A DNA stretch of 64,000 bases, taken from the NCBI GenBank assembly GCA_043228905.1, contig JBHGNT010000003.1:11966001-12030000 (forward strand), in the 5' to 3' direction. The translations under genes and the position numbers were made by a program. Shown piece by piece: positions 1 through 11,941 of this stretch. The notes beneath the pieces are model-generated. The model saw only the letters and a list, made by a program, of their open reading frames with translations. It made no database searches and was not told the origin of the DNA. Each line of letters starts with the position of its first letter. Position 1 is the stretch's first letter. This DNA comes from Azolla caroliniana (lineage: Eukaryota > Plantae > Polypodiophyta).

Positions 1-573
1 TACGCGGTATGGGCGGACCGGACTACGCACAGTTCGGTGATAGGGTTTATGCCGGCGGAGCTAATGTATGGACAAAAGCCGATCATGCCGGTGGAACGGA
101 CGGTTTCTTCGTGGGCGGCGGTAGATTGGAAGGACGAAATGGGCCGGGAGGAGTTGCTGGCGGCGCGGATTCGGCAACTCGAGCGAAGGCCGGAGGACGT
201 GATACAGGCGAAGGAAAAGTTGCGAGAGGCAAGGGAGTGGAACAAGACCCGGTTCAACCGGACGCACCGGTTGCGACCAAAGAAGATCGAGGAAGGCGAC
301 TGGGTCTTGGTATACGACAGCAGCCTCGACAATCAGCACAAGGCGGTGCGAAAGTTCTCTAGGAGATGGTTCGGGCCCTACATGGTGACGAGCGCGAACG
401 ACAACGGCACATACCACCTCGCGGAACTCAACGGGACACGGTTAGCGGTGCCGGTGGCCGGAAAGCAGATCAAAGCTTTCAAAAAGCGGTTCGAAGACGA
501 GCCGGAGCCTGCGAGCGGGAGTGACAACGACGATCAGTTCGGGTCCGGTGGAGAATCGGAGAGCAACGAGTGA
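1..573 (+). CDS. 3' end of Ty3/Gypsy integrase (element runs off the left edge)
   Basis: ORF 37..573 (FMPAELMYGQKP...WFGPY) is nearly identical to the C-terminus of the integrase ORF 41992..43104; followed by PPT-like GGTGGGGGTGGA and an LTR. Confidence 0.9.
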   Translation, partial: YAVWADRTTHSSVIGFMPAELMYGQKPIMPVERTVSSWAAVDWKDEMGREELLAARIRQLERRPEDVIQAKEKLREAREWNKTRFNRTHRLRPKKIEEGDWVLVYDSSLDNQHKAVRKFSRRWFGPYMVTSANDNGTYHLAELNGTRLAVPVAGKQIKAFKKRFEDEPEPASGSDNDDQFGSGGESESNE

Positions 574-642
574 GGCCGGGTTTATTCGATATCTACCCGT
601 CTCTGGCGCATACCGGTGGGTGCGCGGTTTGGTGGGGGTGGA

Positions 643-1170
643 TTTCGTGAAGAAAACCGGCCGTAGGCGGAATCGGAGAGAAAGCGCGTAAACCAGCCCT
701 TACACGGATGGACGCGAGACTTGTTATTTGTACACAAACCGGTGGATGTAAATACTGAGCCGCACGCATTTATTAGGGGGGGGATTGTGCGTATCCCAGT
801 CAGAGGGACAGGGAATAAAGGGAAGAGGACAAGGGAAAACGGGGATCGCGCGTTGGGAAAGAAAAAGGGGTTGCTACAGAACGAAAGGAGAGAGCTCTCT
901 CTCTTGGACGGGGATCGTCGCTCTCTACGGGTGTCGGGAGGTCGCTGCCTCTGCTTCGTGGACAACCCGTGTGCTTCGAGTAGAGTCGCTCCCTTTTTCC
1001 CCTTTTGTTTCTTTGAGTCGTGGGACTGTCGTCGGTGTGCGTGAGTAGGGTTCCCGTGTCGGGTCCGTCGCCGCTTTGTCGGTTGTAACTGTCGGAGTTT
1101 GTAATCTCTTGTCATTATAATTAAGTGTTACGTTCTATATCTCTCTTTCTCGCTTCTATGGGTCGGTGAA

Positions 1171-1201
<31 letters not shown>

Positions 1202-1263
1202 CCTCGATCCAAGACCCCCGTGGTCCTGCCCCTTTCTACGCGTACGCGCGTAACAACGCGACA
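643..1263 (+). mobile_element. 3' LTR of Gypsy element (same family as 32041-43825)
   Basis: Starts T(T)TCGTGAAGAAAAC after the PPT and ends CGCGACA; colinear with the LTR at 43174-43825; contains a (CT)n tract. Confidence 0.85.
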
Positions 1264-1399
1264 CCGGTTTGCGTACTAGTTTACGTATCCGTTTTACGCA
1301 CCGGTTCGGCCTAACCGATCGGTCCCAACCGATCCGGTTCTCGGCTTGCACAGCTGATCTGGCCAATGTTGAGCTTGTATCTCAACACTTGCCCATGCA

Positions 1400-2100
1400 C
1401 CTCTCATTTCACAAATTGATTGTTGCAACCATTGGCCGACCTATAATGCTCTATGTATTACTAGCCATTGGAAGACAATTATTTTCATATCTTGTTTCCT
1501 TGCCCATAATGTCCTCAAAAAATTTGCTAAAGATTCGGATGTGACCCGTTGATGGGTCCAAAACTGACTAGCCAGTGGTGTAGTCTTGCATTGAGCTACC
1601 AAAATGTGGCGTCCAATCTTAACTGAATACGGAAAAAAACCACACCTTTCCACCAAAATTCCCCCGGATCCCATTGCAACCTTATCAAGGGTTTCTTTTC
1701 AAAAACTCTCAATTTCCAATGTTCCTTGACTGCATCAACTTGTGGGTCGATGATCCACTTAGATCCATCATAAGCAAGGAGCCTTATTTTAGAGAATGTC
1801 ACATATTGCAAGGTCTCTGGTCGTATCGTTGATCTACATATAACACCATCTTCCTCCACATCATAGTCTTGAAACCATCTGCAAAACAAATATCCCCTTA
1901 CTCCCACCATCACTTGAAGTGTAAATGCCCCTTCCCACCTAGGAGGATTAAATGACCATACCATAGAAGATGGGTGTCCAAAAACCACATGCACCTGGTT
2001 CCACATAGTCCGCCCCCCTCTCGAGGTAAAATATTTTGACCTTTCATTTATATGCAAAGTAAGAAAGGATTCCACGCATCAACTGATGCTCCTGGCCCCA
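1400..2100 (-). pseudogene. Degenerate L1-type LINE ORF2 fragment (zf-RVT-like C-terminal region)
   Basis: Minus-strand translation LRTLWARKQDMKIIVFQWLVIHRAL*VGQWL resembles the LW..KI..F.W...H.ALP motif of plant LINE ORF2; ORF 1596..2075 lies just upstream; frameshifted. Confidence 0.55.
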
Positions 2101-3048
2101 ACATGTGCCCTAATGACAAACACATATTCAGATTCCACACAGTCTAAGTGTTGTCTCAAGTATTCCTCCTCACATGTTGGTACACCATGTCCCAACCCTT
2201 TATGTACATGCATCTCGTCTTTCTACAAGTTAACAAATTTATCAAACCTTTGGTGTTAAACATGTCAAGTTGTCCAACATATTTGTAAAGGAAAAGATAA
2301 ACATATTTGTAAAGGAAAAGATAGATGTAGAGCTTATGAGCATCAACAACGAATTGATAAAAGTTGCACTTTAATGGAGATAGAGGAAACACATTTTCAA
2401 GGCCTATTTTCTAACGTTGAAAAGGGATGATGCAGAGCAAACAATTTATGTTTGTATTACTGTCGTTTTGAACATATAATGGTGGATTGTCCACATGGGA
2501 TGGTATTTCAAATGAACTAAGCTCAATAATAATATTATTTTTTGTTCTTCAATTAGTTCAAGTAATCCATGTAGGCCTATCAACCACCCATACTAATAGT
2601 TTTGACGTTATGAGTGAGCTAGAAAAGTTGTTGAATGAGTAACTCCAACCAAAATCAAAGTTATTTTGTTGGGAAATTCAATATCTATGTAGAGTCAAAT
2701 TTGGGTTTAGTACATCTTATTGTCATCAAGTTCTCCCTTTAGTTGTTTTACATTGAAGAGACAAATCTTCTTTCATGGATGAAGAATTTATCTTGATACA
2801 AGATGTTCTCTTTAATAAACTCTCAAGTCCAATGTCTTATCACGTCAAGGTATATAGTTGTAGAGTTTGGGCCAATTATTGTGGTTCTCTGAGATTGGGA
2901 AGTTTGATTTCCTTGAACAATATTAACTAGACTAACCATCTAGCTATTCTTGGTGTACATACGTTCAAACTTCATATTCCAAAGATTGATTAGAAGAAGA
3001 AGGCAGTTAATGAGTCATAGATTTAATCAACTCTCAAGTTTCTCACCT

Positions 3049-3500
3049 TGTTGAGTGACAAGATCAACATGAGTTGAATTGGCTAAAGGCTGGTAGACTG
3101 AATTGGCGAAGAAGTCGATAATCGAATCGGCTGGTAGGTTCGGCTAGAAGCCGACATGCTGTATAAGCCGAACTAGCTGGAAGTCGACATGCCGTTTGGG
3201 CCTACATTCCTATTTTAGTAATAGGAATATTTTAGGGTATTTAGTGTTAGAGCTTTTGAAGAGCATTAGAGTACTAATCAGTACTTGTCTCAGCCCATTG
3301 TTAGGGGCTTGTATATTAAGTGCTCTACAAGCACATTGTATGTATTGAGAATTATTGTTTTGAATCAAAAGTTGTTTTGTCTGCTCAACTCAATCTCTCT
3401 CTCTCTCCACTCACATTCTCTGTGTTTCCCTAACTGTCTACTATTTGCCGGCTAAGCGAACTATGTCTTGTGTACAAGCTTCTGCATATTATTTTTTACA
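3049..3500 (+). mobile_element. 5' LTR of old Ty1/Copia element A
   Basis: TGTTGAG...TTTACA followed directly by PBS TGGTATCAGAG (tRNA-iMet type) at 3501. Confidence 0.8.
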
Positions 3501-4059
3501 TGGTATCAGAGTGTGAGGGTTAAGAAGAATCCTCTTCAACCAACAAGCGTACTAGCACATATAGAGCTTTCGTCTTCCAAATAGAAGAAGAGACAAGAAC
3601 ATGGATAGAGCAATGGGAAGTTCCTTGCTGACCGAGAAGCTCGACAGGAACAACTATGCATCTTGGGAGTGCAAAATTGACCAATAACTATTGGGACATG
3701 GGTAATGGAGTTGTGTGGCAGGTGCAAATACTTAAGCTCTAAGCCGACACAAAAAGACTTCCCGGCCTGTGAACAAGCAGTAAGTTGATTGTTGTACTGC
3801 TTGGCATCATGTGTCCATGACGACATGCTCAAAGCTTGGGGGAATCTAAAGAAGATTTTCGCCACAAGCACGATGGCCTGAAAGTTGCAACTAAGACAGG
3901 AGTTGAAGAACATTCGGCAAAAAGATCTATCAATGGCCAATTATACCTCAAAAATCAAGGAGAACTTCAATCCAGTGGTGTCTATCAATGTGACGATGGA
4001 CGAGAATGAGATGGTGTAGGTTTTCCTAGCAGGTTTGGCGCAGAGGCTCGGATCATTCC
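3501..4059 (+). pseudogene. Copia A PBS and degenerate gag (first segment)
   Basis: Translates as MDRAMGSSLLTEKLDRNNYASWE..., like the gag at 63792; frameshifted; interrupted at TSD ATTCC. Confidence 0.8.
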
Positions 4060-7000
4060 TGTTGAGAGATCAAGCTCAACTTAGTTTAGTTAGTTAGTCA
4101 GCCATGTAACTTCATAGTTACCTAGATAGAATCTAGTTAGAAGTTGATGGGAACTGCACGCTCCCTATACGCAACACTCGGCCACAACCGAGCTTAGAAT
4201 CATACACAGAAAACGGGAAATGAAACACACGACACAAAGAAGAGAAGAGTACACAGGATGTTTACGTGGAAAACCCAAACTAGGGAAAAAACCACGGCAG
4301 CCCACAGGCTACAAACTATCACTATGCTAGAATGTACAACAGTGAGTTCACGGTGGCAACGACCTCATGCTCACGATCTTCGCCAACGACGGCGGTTACA
4401 ACAGAGGCAACGACTTCTTCCTCTCTCTCTATCTCTCTGTACACTGTTACGCGCTATCTCTCTTCTTTCACCAACAAGAATAACAACACAACACTAAAAG
4501 TTTTCCCTAAGTCATATTTATACTAATATGACTTTTCGGTTATTTACAAATATAGCCTCTATGGACTCTCAGAAACATATTTACGAATATGTCTCTTCAT
4601 CCGGTGAGCACTTCTCACTGGGTCTGCACCATCCAGCTCTCCGTAGCCGGGTACTCCTCATTCGGTTCTGACCGGTTCTGCACCATCCGGCTCTCTGTAG
4701 CCGGGTACTCCTCATCCGGTTCTCACCGGGTTTGCACCATCCGGCTCTCCGTAGCCGGGTACTCGTCATACGGTTTCTCAACACTATTCTTCTCCCTTCC
4801 CATCCGGAGGGACCTGTCTCCCAACAGAAGTGTTGACTATAATGCCTTAAACACGACCTTGTACTTGAGTGGGATATTCTAGATCCTCCAATCCTAAGTA
4901 AATTTAATATAGGACTTACACTTTTGTACCTATATTCTCCTCACACCTATGCACCCTTGCACATGAGATTATATATACCTCATTGTAGGTATTTTTGTAT
5001 TTGATGATGATAATGCTAATTTAATATAGAGTTAATCATCCCCCATCTTGTGTTGTTCATAAGTGTTAACTTCCTCTCTCTCTCTCTCTCTCTCTCTTCC
5101 TCTCACACACATACACACACATATCACTTAATCTTCCGCTTATCAACTAATCATATAATTAGGTACTAATTAACCCGTAGTTAATCACCTAATTCTTTAC
5201 ATGGTATCAAAGCGTGTGGTTTAGCACATCCACTAAGCTCATCTGCCTCTTCGTAATTGTGTGTTCGAAACGCCGACGACAAATTCCGGCTATCTGCTAC
5301 CGTAGTGCCGCTACGTAGCACGAGTACGTGATCGAGGGAAGGAAATTGAAAAAGGAAGACAATGCATCAAAATGAACACACAAATGGGTAGCTCGCTCCC
5401 TAATGAAAAGCTAGACCGGAGCAATTATTCATCTTGCGAGTACAAGATGAACCAATACCCTAATGGGTTGTCAGCCATGGGTATTGGAGCTACATCAACG
5501 ACGCACAAGAAAATCGACCTGACCCAAAGAACGCCGATTACTAAACATGGGAGCAAGCGGCGAGTCAAGTCATGTATTGTTTGGCAACATGTGTCCACGA
5601 CCACATGCTTAGCCACATTTGAGATGCCAAGACGCCTAAAGAGGCATGGGAGAACTTGAAGAAAATGTTCGCTGCCAACACGACCACTCGAAAGCTTGAA
5701 CTCCGACAAGAGTTGAACTGTAACATTCAACAAAAAGATATGTCTATGTCAGACTACACCACCAAGATCAAGAGCATTTGCGAATTGCTTGGCTCCATCA
5801 ACATAATCGTCGACGAAGATGAGATGGTTTAAGTATGCTTGGGCGGCCTCGCACAACGATTCGACTCGTTGAGGACGACAATCTTGGTGAGGGAAACCCC
5901 TCCTTCATTCTTCGACCTTCAATCAATTCTATTAGTTGAAGAGAACCACGTCCAAACCAAAACCAAGACATCGGAAGGACAAATGTTCTTCTCGAATTCG
6001 GATGGTGGCCGAGAATGAAGTCGAGGCGGTAGAAGAGGTTGATTCGACCCATCAAACAAAGGGAACTCAAACCTTCGAAAACGTGGCCCATCACTTGCAA
6101 TTATTGTAGCAAAATCGGCCACCGCGAAGAGGAGTGTCGGAAAAAGAGATGTGAGTCGACTTCGACAAGCCGACAACTCACAAACTACGCCAACAACTCT
6201 GAATACGACGACTAGTGTGAACTCTATGATGGCCTCCGACTCCACCAGCACCTCCAACTCATAAAACATGTGGTTTGTCAATTCCGACGCCTCACATCAC
6301 ATGACATCCCACGAAGAGTGGTTCAGTGATTTGCGCACACCCGATCGACCCGGCGTCATAGAGACAAATGACGACACCACACATCCGATTCAACACATCA
6401 GCAATGTTCCATTCGACAACAACGGCCAAAACAATTGCATCAAGAATGTCTCGCACATGCCCACAATAACGAAGAATTTGGTCTCGGTTTGCCAAATCGT
6501 GGAGCAAGGCATGCAAGTTCGTTTCAACAACAAAGGATGCTTCATAGAAAAAGTTGGATGACTCATTGCCAAGGGACGGAGAGACGGTCGCATGTTCATC
6601 CTCGATTCGAACGAGGTGAAATCGGCCATGTATTGCAAAGGTCTCAAAATAGAGACAAGCATCAAGTTGTGGCACAAGAGAATTAGCCACATAAACCTCC
6701 AAGGGAGTCATCATCGGACTTCCGACCTTCAAGTCAAAACACATTGACTGAGTGTGCGAAGCATGCCAACTTAGCAAACAACATTGACTCCCATTCTCGA
6801 AGGAGAGCTATGTGAGCAAAGGCCTCCTCGACGTCATACATTCGGATGTATGGGGACCAGCTCAAACGCCAATGGTCGGTGGATGTTGATACTACGTCAC
6901 CTTCATTGATGACTACTTGTGCTACACGTGGATCTTCCCGATGAAGAAGAAGAGTGCAGTGTTCTCCCACTTCCAAAAGTTCAAGGGGCAAGTCGAAAAC

Positions 7001-8538
7001 AAAACTGGTCGGCACATTCAATGCCTACGATCGGATGGAGGGAAGGAGTACTTCTTCGACGAATTCATCTCCTACCTCCAATGTGAAGGCATTCGAAGAG
7101 AATTCTCATGCAGACACACACCCCCAAAAAAATGGAGTAGCCGAAAGGAAGAATCGGCAAATACTCAAGGTAGCACGCACCATAATGCATGAGAAGCACA
7201 TGCCAAACTTCTATTGGGCCGAAGCAGCATCCACGGCTCTCTATCTCATGAACCGATGCACCACCAATGGAGTGCATGAGCTAACTCGATACGAGCTCCT
7301 TGTCGAAAGGATTGAGAATGTACGCATCCCGAACGAACAATGATAGAAGCCCAATGCGAAGTCGGAGAAATGTATCCTCATAGGATACTCATCCAAGAAG
7401 AAGGCATACAAGTGCTTCAACCCCTCGACCTGAGCGGTTCGGATAAGTTAGGATGTAGTCTTCAACAAATCGACATCATGGTATAAGCCCGATTTGACCC
7501 AACCCTACCAAGGAAGATTTCAACGTCAACTTGGATAATGATATTTGGCCAAGACCTTCACCAAAGGCCCATCCAAGCTCTACCGAGCTAAGTGGACCAC
7601 CAAGCACACCACGGCCAAGTACGACCTTGGACAAAGGCAAAGGTAAGATGCCCAAATATGAAGACGATCACCTCGACGACAGTGATTCAGATGTGTCGGC
7701 TCCCTCACTAGACAGTGAGTTTGGTGTACCCATCATGCGGACACTAGGAATAAAGAAGGCGCTCACATCGGCGGGAACAAAACTTCGACGTTCTCTAGAG
7801 GGAAGAATATCGTCGCTCGTCTCAGCTACACCGAGTACATGGCCCATCATTATGCCTTCACGATAAAGGTAGCGGCCATACAAGAGCGTAAGAGCTCTAC
7901 AAAAGTGGCTCATGACCCACGATGGGCGAAAGCAGTCGACCCAAGCCTTCGTCACCGGCTTGAGGGGGAGGAATCGAAACTGCCACGAAAATACCGACGC
8001 CGAAAGCCGCACAGAAGCCGACATCGAATGCCGGATAATGTCGAAAGCAAAATTGGATGTCAGACGCCTCACACTTGAGCTTGAGGGGGCGTGTTGAGAG
8101 ATCAAGCTCAACTTAGTTTATTTAGTTAGTCAACCATGTAACTTCGTAGTTACCTAGATAGAATCTAGTTAGAAGTGTTGACTATAACGCCTTAAATAGG
8201 ACCTTGTACTTAAGTGAGATATTCTAGATCTTTCACTCCTAAGTACGTTTAATATAGGACTTACACTTTTGTACCCATATTCTCCTCGCACATGTTCACT
8301 CTTGCACATGAGCTCTATATATACCTCATTGTAGGTATTTTTGTATTTGATGATGATGATGCTAATTTAATATAGAGTTAATCATCCCCCATGTTGTGTT
8401 GTTCATAAGTGTTAACGTCCTCTCTCTCTCTCTCTTCCTCTCACACAATACACACACATATCAGTTAATCTTCCGCTTATCCACTAATCACATAATGAGG
8501 TACTAATTAACCCATAGTTAATCACCTAATTCTTTACA
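4060..8538 (+). mobile_element. Non-autonomous Ty1/Copia element (gag-PR-IN remnants, RT/RNase H deleted)
   Basis: 5' LTR 4060-5201 (interrupted), PBS TGGTATCAAAGC at 5202, PPT TTGAGGGGGCG, 3' LTR 8092-8538; TSD ATTCC at 4055-4059 and 8539-8543. Internal motifs WFVNSDASHHM (protease) and LRSDGGKEY / NGVAERKNR (integrase); many stops. Confidence 0.9.
4145..4826 (-). mobile_element. Solo LTR of the Copia family seen at 57517-63169
   Basis: TGATGGGAAC...CCCAACA with TSD GAAGT (4140-4144, 4827-4831); matches the LTRs at 57517-58346 and 62390-63169; the uninterrupted host LTR is seen at 8092-8538. Confidence 0.92.
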
Positions 8539-9841
8539 ATTCCAAACGGCGATCTGCACGAGGGAGAAAACGTCATCCAACTTCGAGTTGCAGATGATGG
8601 CGGGTGTGTCGATGAGCATGCACATTGACAACAAGATGTTCCACACGGAAGCAGATTGGCCCCGTCGTTGTGGAGGATGAGGTGGGTCAGCATGAAGTAA
8701 TGTCGGACGACATTAGCAGAATCAAAGGCACAACAAGGATGCCAACATAAGTAGCAAACTGTCCACAAATAGGGGAGTCAAGGTGGAGCCGGAATCCAGC
8801 AAAACAAAACCACCGAATGTTGGTATTGTGGCAGGAAGGGCCACTGGGAAAGTGAGTACTAGAAGAAACGTGTTGATTCGGCCAAGGCCGAATCAAGCTG
8901 AGCTGACTTTGAGTGTCGGCAGAGATCGCACTACATAGAAGGACAAAGCCAATCAAATGGAAGTGAGCACCTCGAAGCCGAACGAGGTGTGGTATGTGGA
9001 TCCTAGCATATCAAACCATCTCAATAACCATAAGGAATGGTTCTCAACTCTAGAAAAGCCGGCGCAGCCAGGTGTTGTCGAGATGTTCCTCTAAGCCATG
9101 TTGGCTAGAGAGGAATAATTAAGAATGTCCTGCATGTCCCAATGATCACCAAGAATTTGGTGTCAGTCAGACAAATCGTCGACCAGGGCATGCATGTATG
9201 ATTCACTCACCACAACTGCTTCATTGAAAATGAAGGCCGGATCATAGCGCGAGGGTACAGATTCGGGAGGATGTTCATCCTCTACACCAACGATGTAAGC
9301 ACCGCTATGTTTGCCAAATGACAAAGGATTGAATCAAATATTGACTTGTGGCACAAGTGGATCGACCACATCAATTTCCCGAAGCTTCAAAAGATGTAGG
9401 CGAAATAAGTGGTTTTCAGCTTGCTGAAATTCAGTGGTCGGACGAGCCAAGTCTATGAATCCTACCAAATCAAGAAACAACACTTGCTTTCGTTCCCCAA
9501 CGAGAGCCAAAAACAAGATCGATCTAATCCATTCTGACGTTTGGGGACCGGCACTGAATGTTAGGATTGGCTGGAGTTGATATTTCATGTCCTTCACAAA
9601 GACTACACCCGAAATTGTTGGGTTAACTCATAGAGAAGAAGATTGATGTCTTCTCATGTTTTCAAAACCTGAAGAATTTAATCAAGAGGGAAACAAAGAA
9701 GAAGCTCAAGTGCCTACGGTCGAATGGTGGAAAAGAGTACTTTTCCGATCAATTCAATAATTACCTGCAGCGGGAAGGTATTTGGCATGAGTTCTCCTTC
9801 AAATACATGTCGGAGTAGAGCGACATGACTAAGAGCAAGAA
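8539..9841 (+). pseudogene. Copia A continuation: degenerate gag end, protease, integrase 5' part
   Basis: Remnant motifs (WYVDP, LIHSDVWGP, LRSNGGKEY) in broken frames; ends at TSD AAGAA. Confidence 0.75.
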
Positions 9842-10171
9842 TATTAGAGATATGTACTAATGTAAGCAAAGGATAAGGATAAACGATAGATCTAGATAGA
9901 CAGGAGAGAGAAAAAGAAGGTTGCCGCCGATCCACCTGTCCACTCCCGAGCGAAGGGATCGAGATAGACTCGAGCCTCGATCGGCGTCCCATACAACTAC
10001 CGTGGCGTTGAGTCGTACCTGGTGTTGGCGCGCTTGCGACAAAAGTTGATCCACCACAAAACAGAGTCTCGACGCAGTCAACAAGATGATGAAATGAGGG
10101 TAGCTAGGCCTCTTATTTATAACGATACCCAAGGCCCCCAAGCAAGTTCACACTTGGCCTAATGGGTTGTA

Positions 10172-11941
10172 TCAATACTGAGGATTAAAAGTAATCCTCC
10201 CCTTCTTTACACTCTCGTTTAACCATTGTGCACACTCTTGCAATGGAATGTTAGGGAAGTTAGTTCTGAGGGTATTTTCGCGTTCCCATGTGGCATCTTT
10301 AATTGATTTATCCATCCATTTTATTTTAAATTCTCTGATTTCTTTAGTATGTAATTTTTTTGTTTTAACATCGAGAATTCTTTCTGGTACATCTAGTTTC
10401 GAAGATAATTCTTTAGAAGTAACCAGAGTTTCAATTGTAACCGTATTGTCGCCAGAACCAAGAAATTCTTTCAGACGACTCACATGAAAAACTGGATGAA
10501 TTTCAACACCATCGGGAAGAGTGAGATGATAGACTGATCACCCAATACATTTGAGGACTGTAAAAGGTCCACAAAATTGTGGGGCTAACTTAGCGCACTT
10601 ACCCTTAGACAATGTCTTAGAATTGTGAGGTACATGAAAAAATACCTTCTGTCCAGGGTGGAATACACGAGGTTGTCTATGATGATCGGCATAAAAACGC
10701 GCTCTATCTGGAGCTGTTTTTATATTATCTCGTGCAATATGCAACATATCTTTCATATCCTGAAGAAAGTTTTGCGTACTTCGCAACTCATCATGATGTA
10801 TATTAACTTCAATCGGGGATCGTGGCTAAAAACCATACATCAACATAAAAGGACTATATCCCGTCGACGAATGCTTGGAGCTGTTATAAGCAAAGTCCAA
10901 AATTGGGAGATAACGTTCCCATTTTGTTGGTTTTGGACCAACGTATGCTCGAAGCAAGTCCTCAATAATTTGATTTACTTGTTTTGTCTGTCCATCGGAT
11001 TGAGGATGATCCGTGGAGGTCATGCTCAATGTAGTAAACTTTGGATCTCGATCACTCACGATATCCATCGGTACCACCATAAAAACGAAATAACTCGTCA
11101 ACGAATTGGTAAGCCAATTCAGGAGCTATTACCGTGGTTTTAGTAGCAATAAATCTGGCCATTTTAGTTAGTCTATCAACCACAACCCATATGGCATCAT
11201 GGCCTTTTTGGGTGCGAGGAAGGCTAACAATAAAATCCATGTATATACTTTCCCACTTATAATTGGGAATGTCCAAGGGATGTAAAACTCTCGCGGTTTT
11301 AAGTCGCTCGGCATTGTTAACCTGACATTGGTGACATATAGTCACATAGCTATGTATGTCAGGGCGCATGTTAGGCCAATAGAATTGAGTGGAGATGAGA
11401 AAGAGTGTACGATGTATTCCAGGGGTGCCCTGCTGAGGGTGCATCATGGTATTAAAAAGAATCCTCTTTTTGACCTCGGGTAAATCTGGAACACAAACCT
11501 TCCCATTACGGTAGAGCAGACCGTTAGCAATGTGGAAGTATTCCTTCGAGGATGTGGTGGGGTCTGTTCCAGACTCAACTCTTGCCATGTATTCTACAAA
11601 ATAACTGTCATCAGGATACTTTCCTCGAAGGTGATCATAAAGATCTGATGATATTTCAGTGAAGCTAAGCATGTTAACTTCATGGATGCGACTTAGTGCA
11701 TCAACGATAGTGTTCATGAAACCTTTATGATATCGTATGGAAAAATCAAAGTCTTGGATGAGATCAGCCCATTGTGCCTTCCGACCTTTCAGGTCTTGAT
11801 GGATACAAAATATTTCAAGGATTTGTGGTCCGTAGTTACCACAAAGCGATTTCCATAAACATTATGGCACCATGTTTTGAGCGCATGTATAACTGCAAAT
11901 AATTCCTTATCTTGAACGGTATACCGACATTGAGCAGAATC
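10172..11941 (-). pseudogene. Chromovirus copy 1: degenerate RNase H end, integrase and chromodomain
   Basis: ORFs with WESIYMDFIVSLP, IVSDRDPKF, DHPQSDGQT, LAPQFCGPF and chromodomain-like KIKWMDKSIKDATWE. Confidence 0.88.

Noticed and set aside
2150-3048. Possible gene in the AT-rich stretch
   Set aside because: Only a short ORF built on a 24-bp duplication; no motifs; probably decayed repeat.
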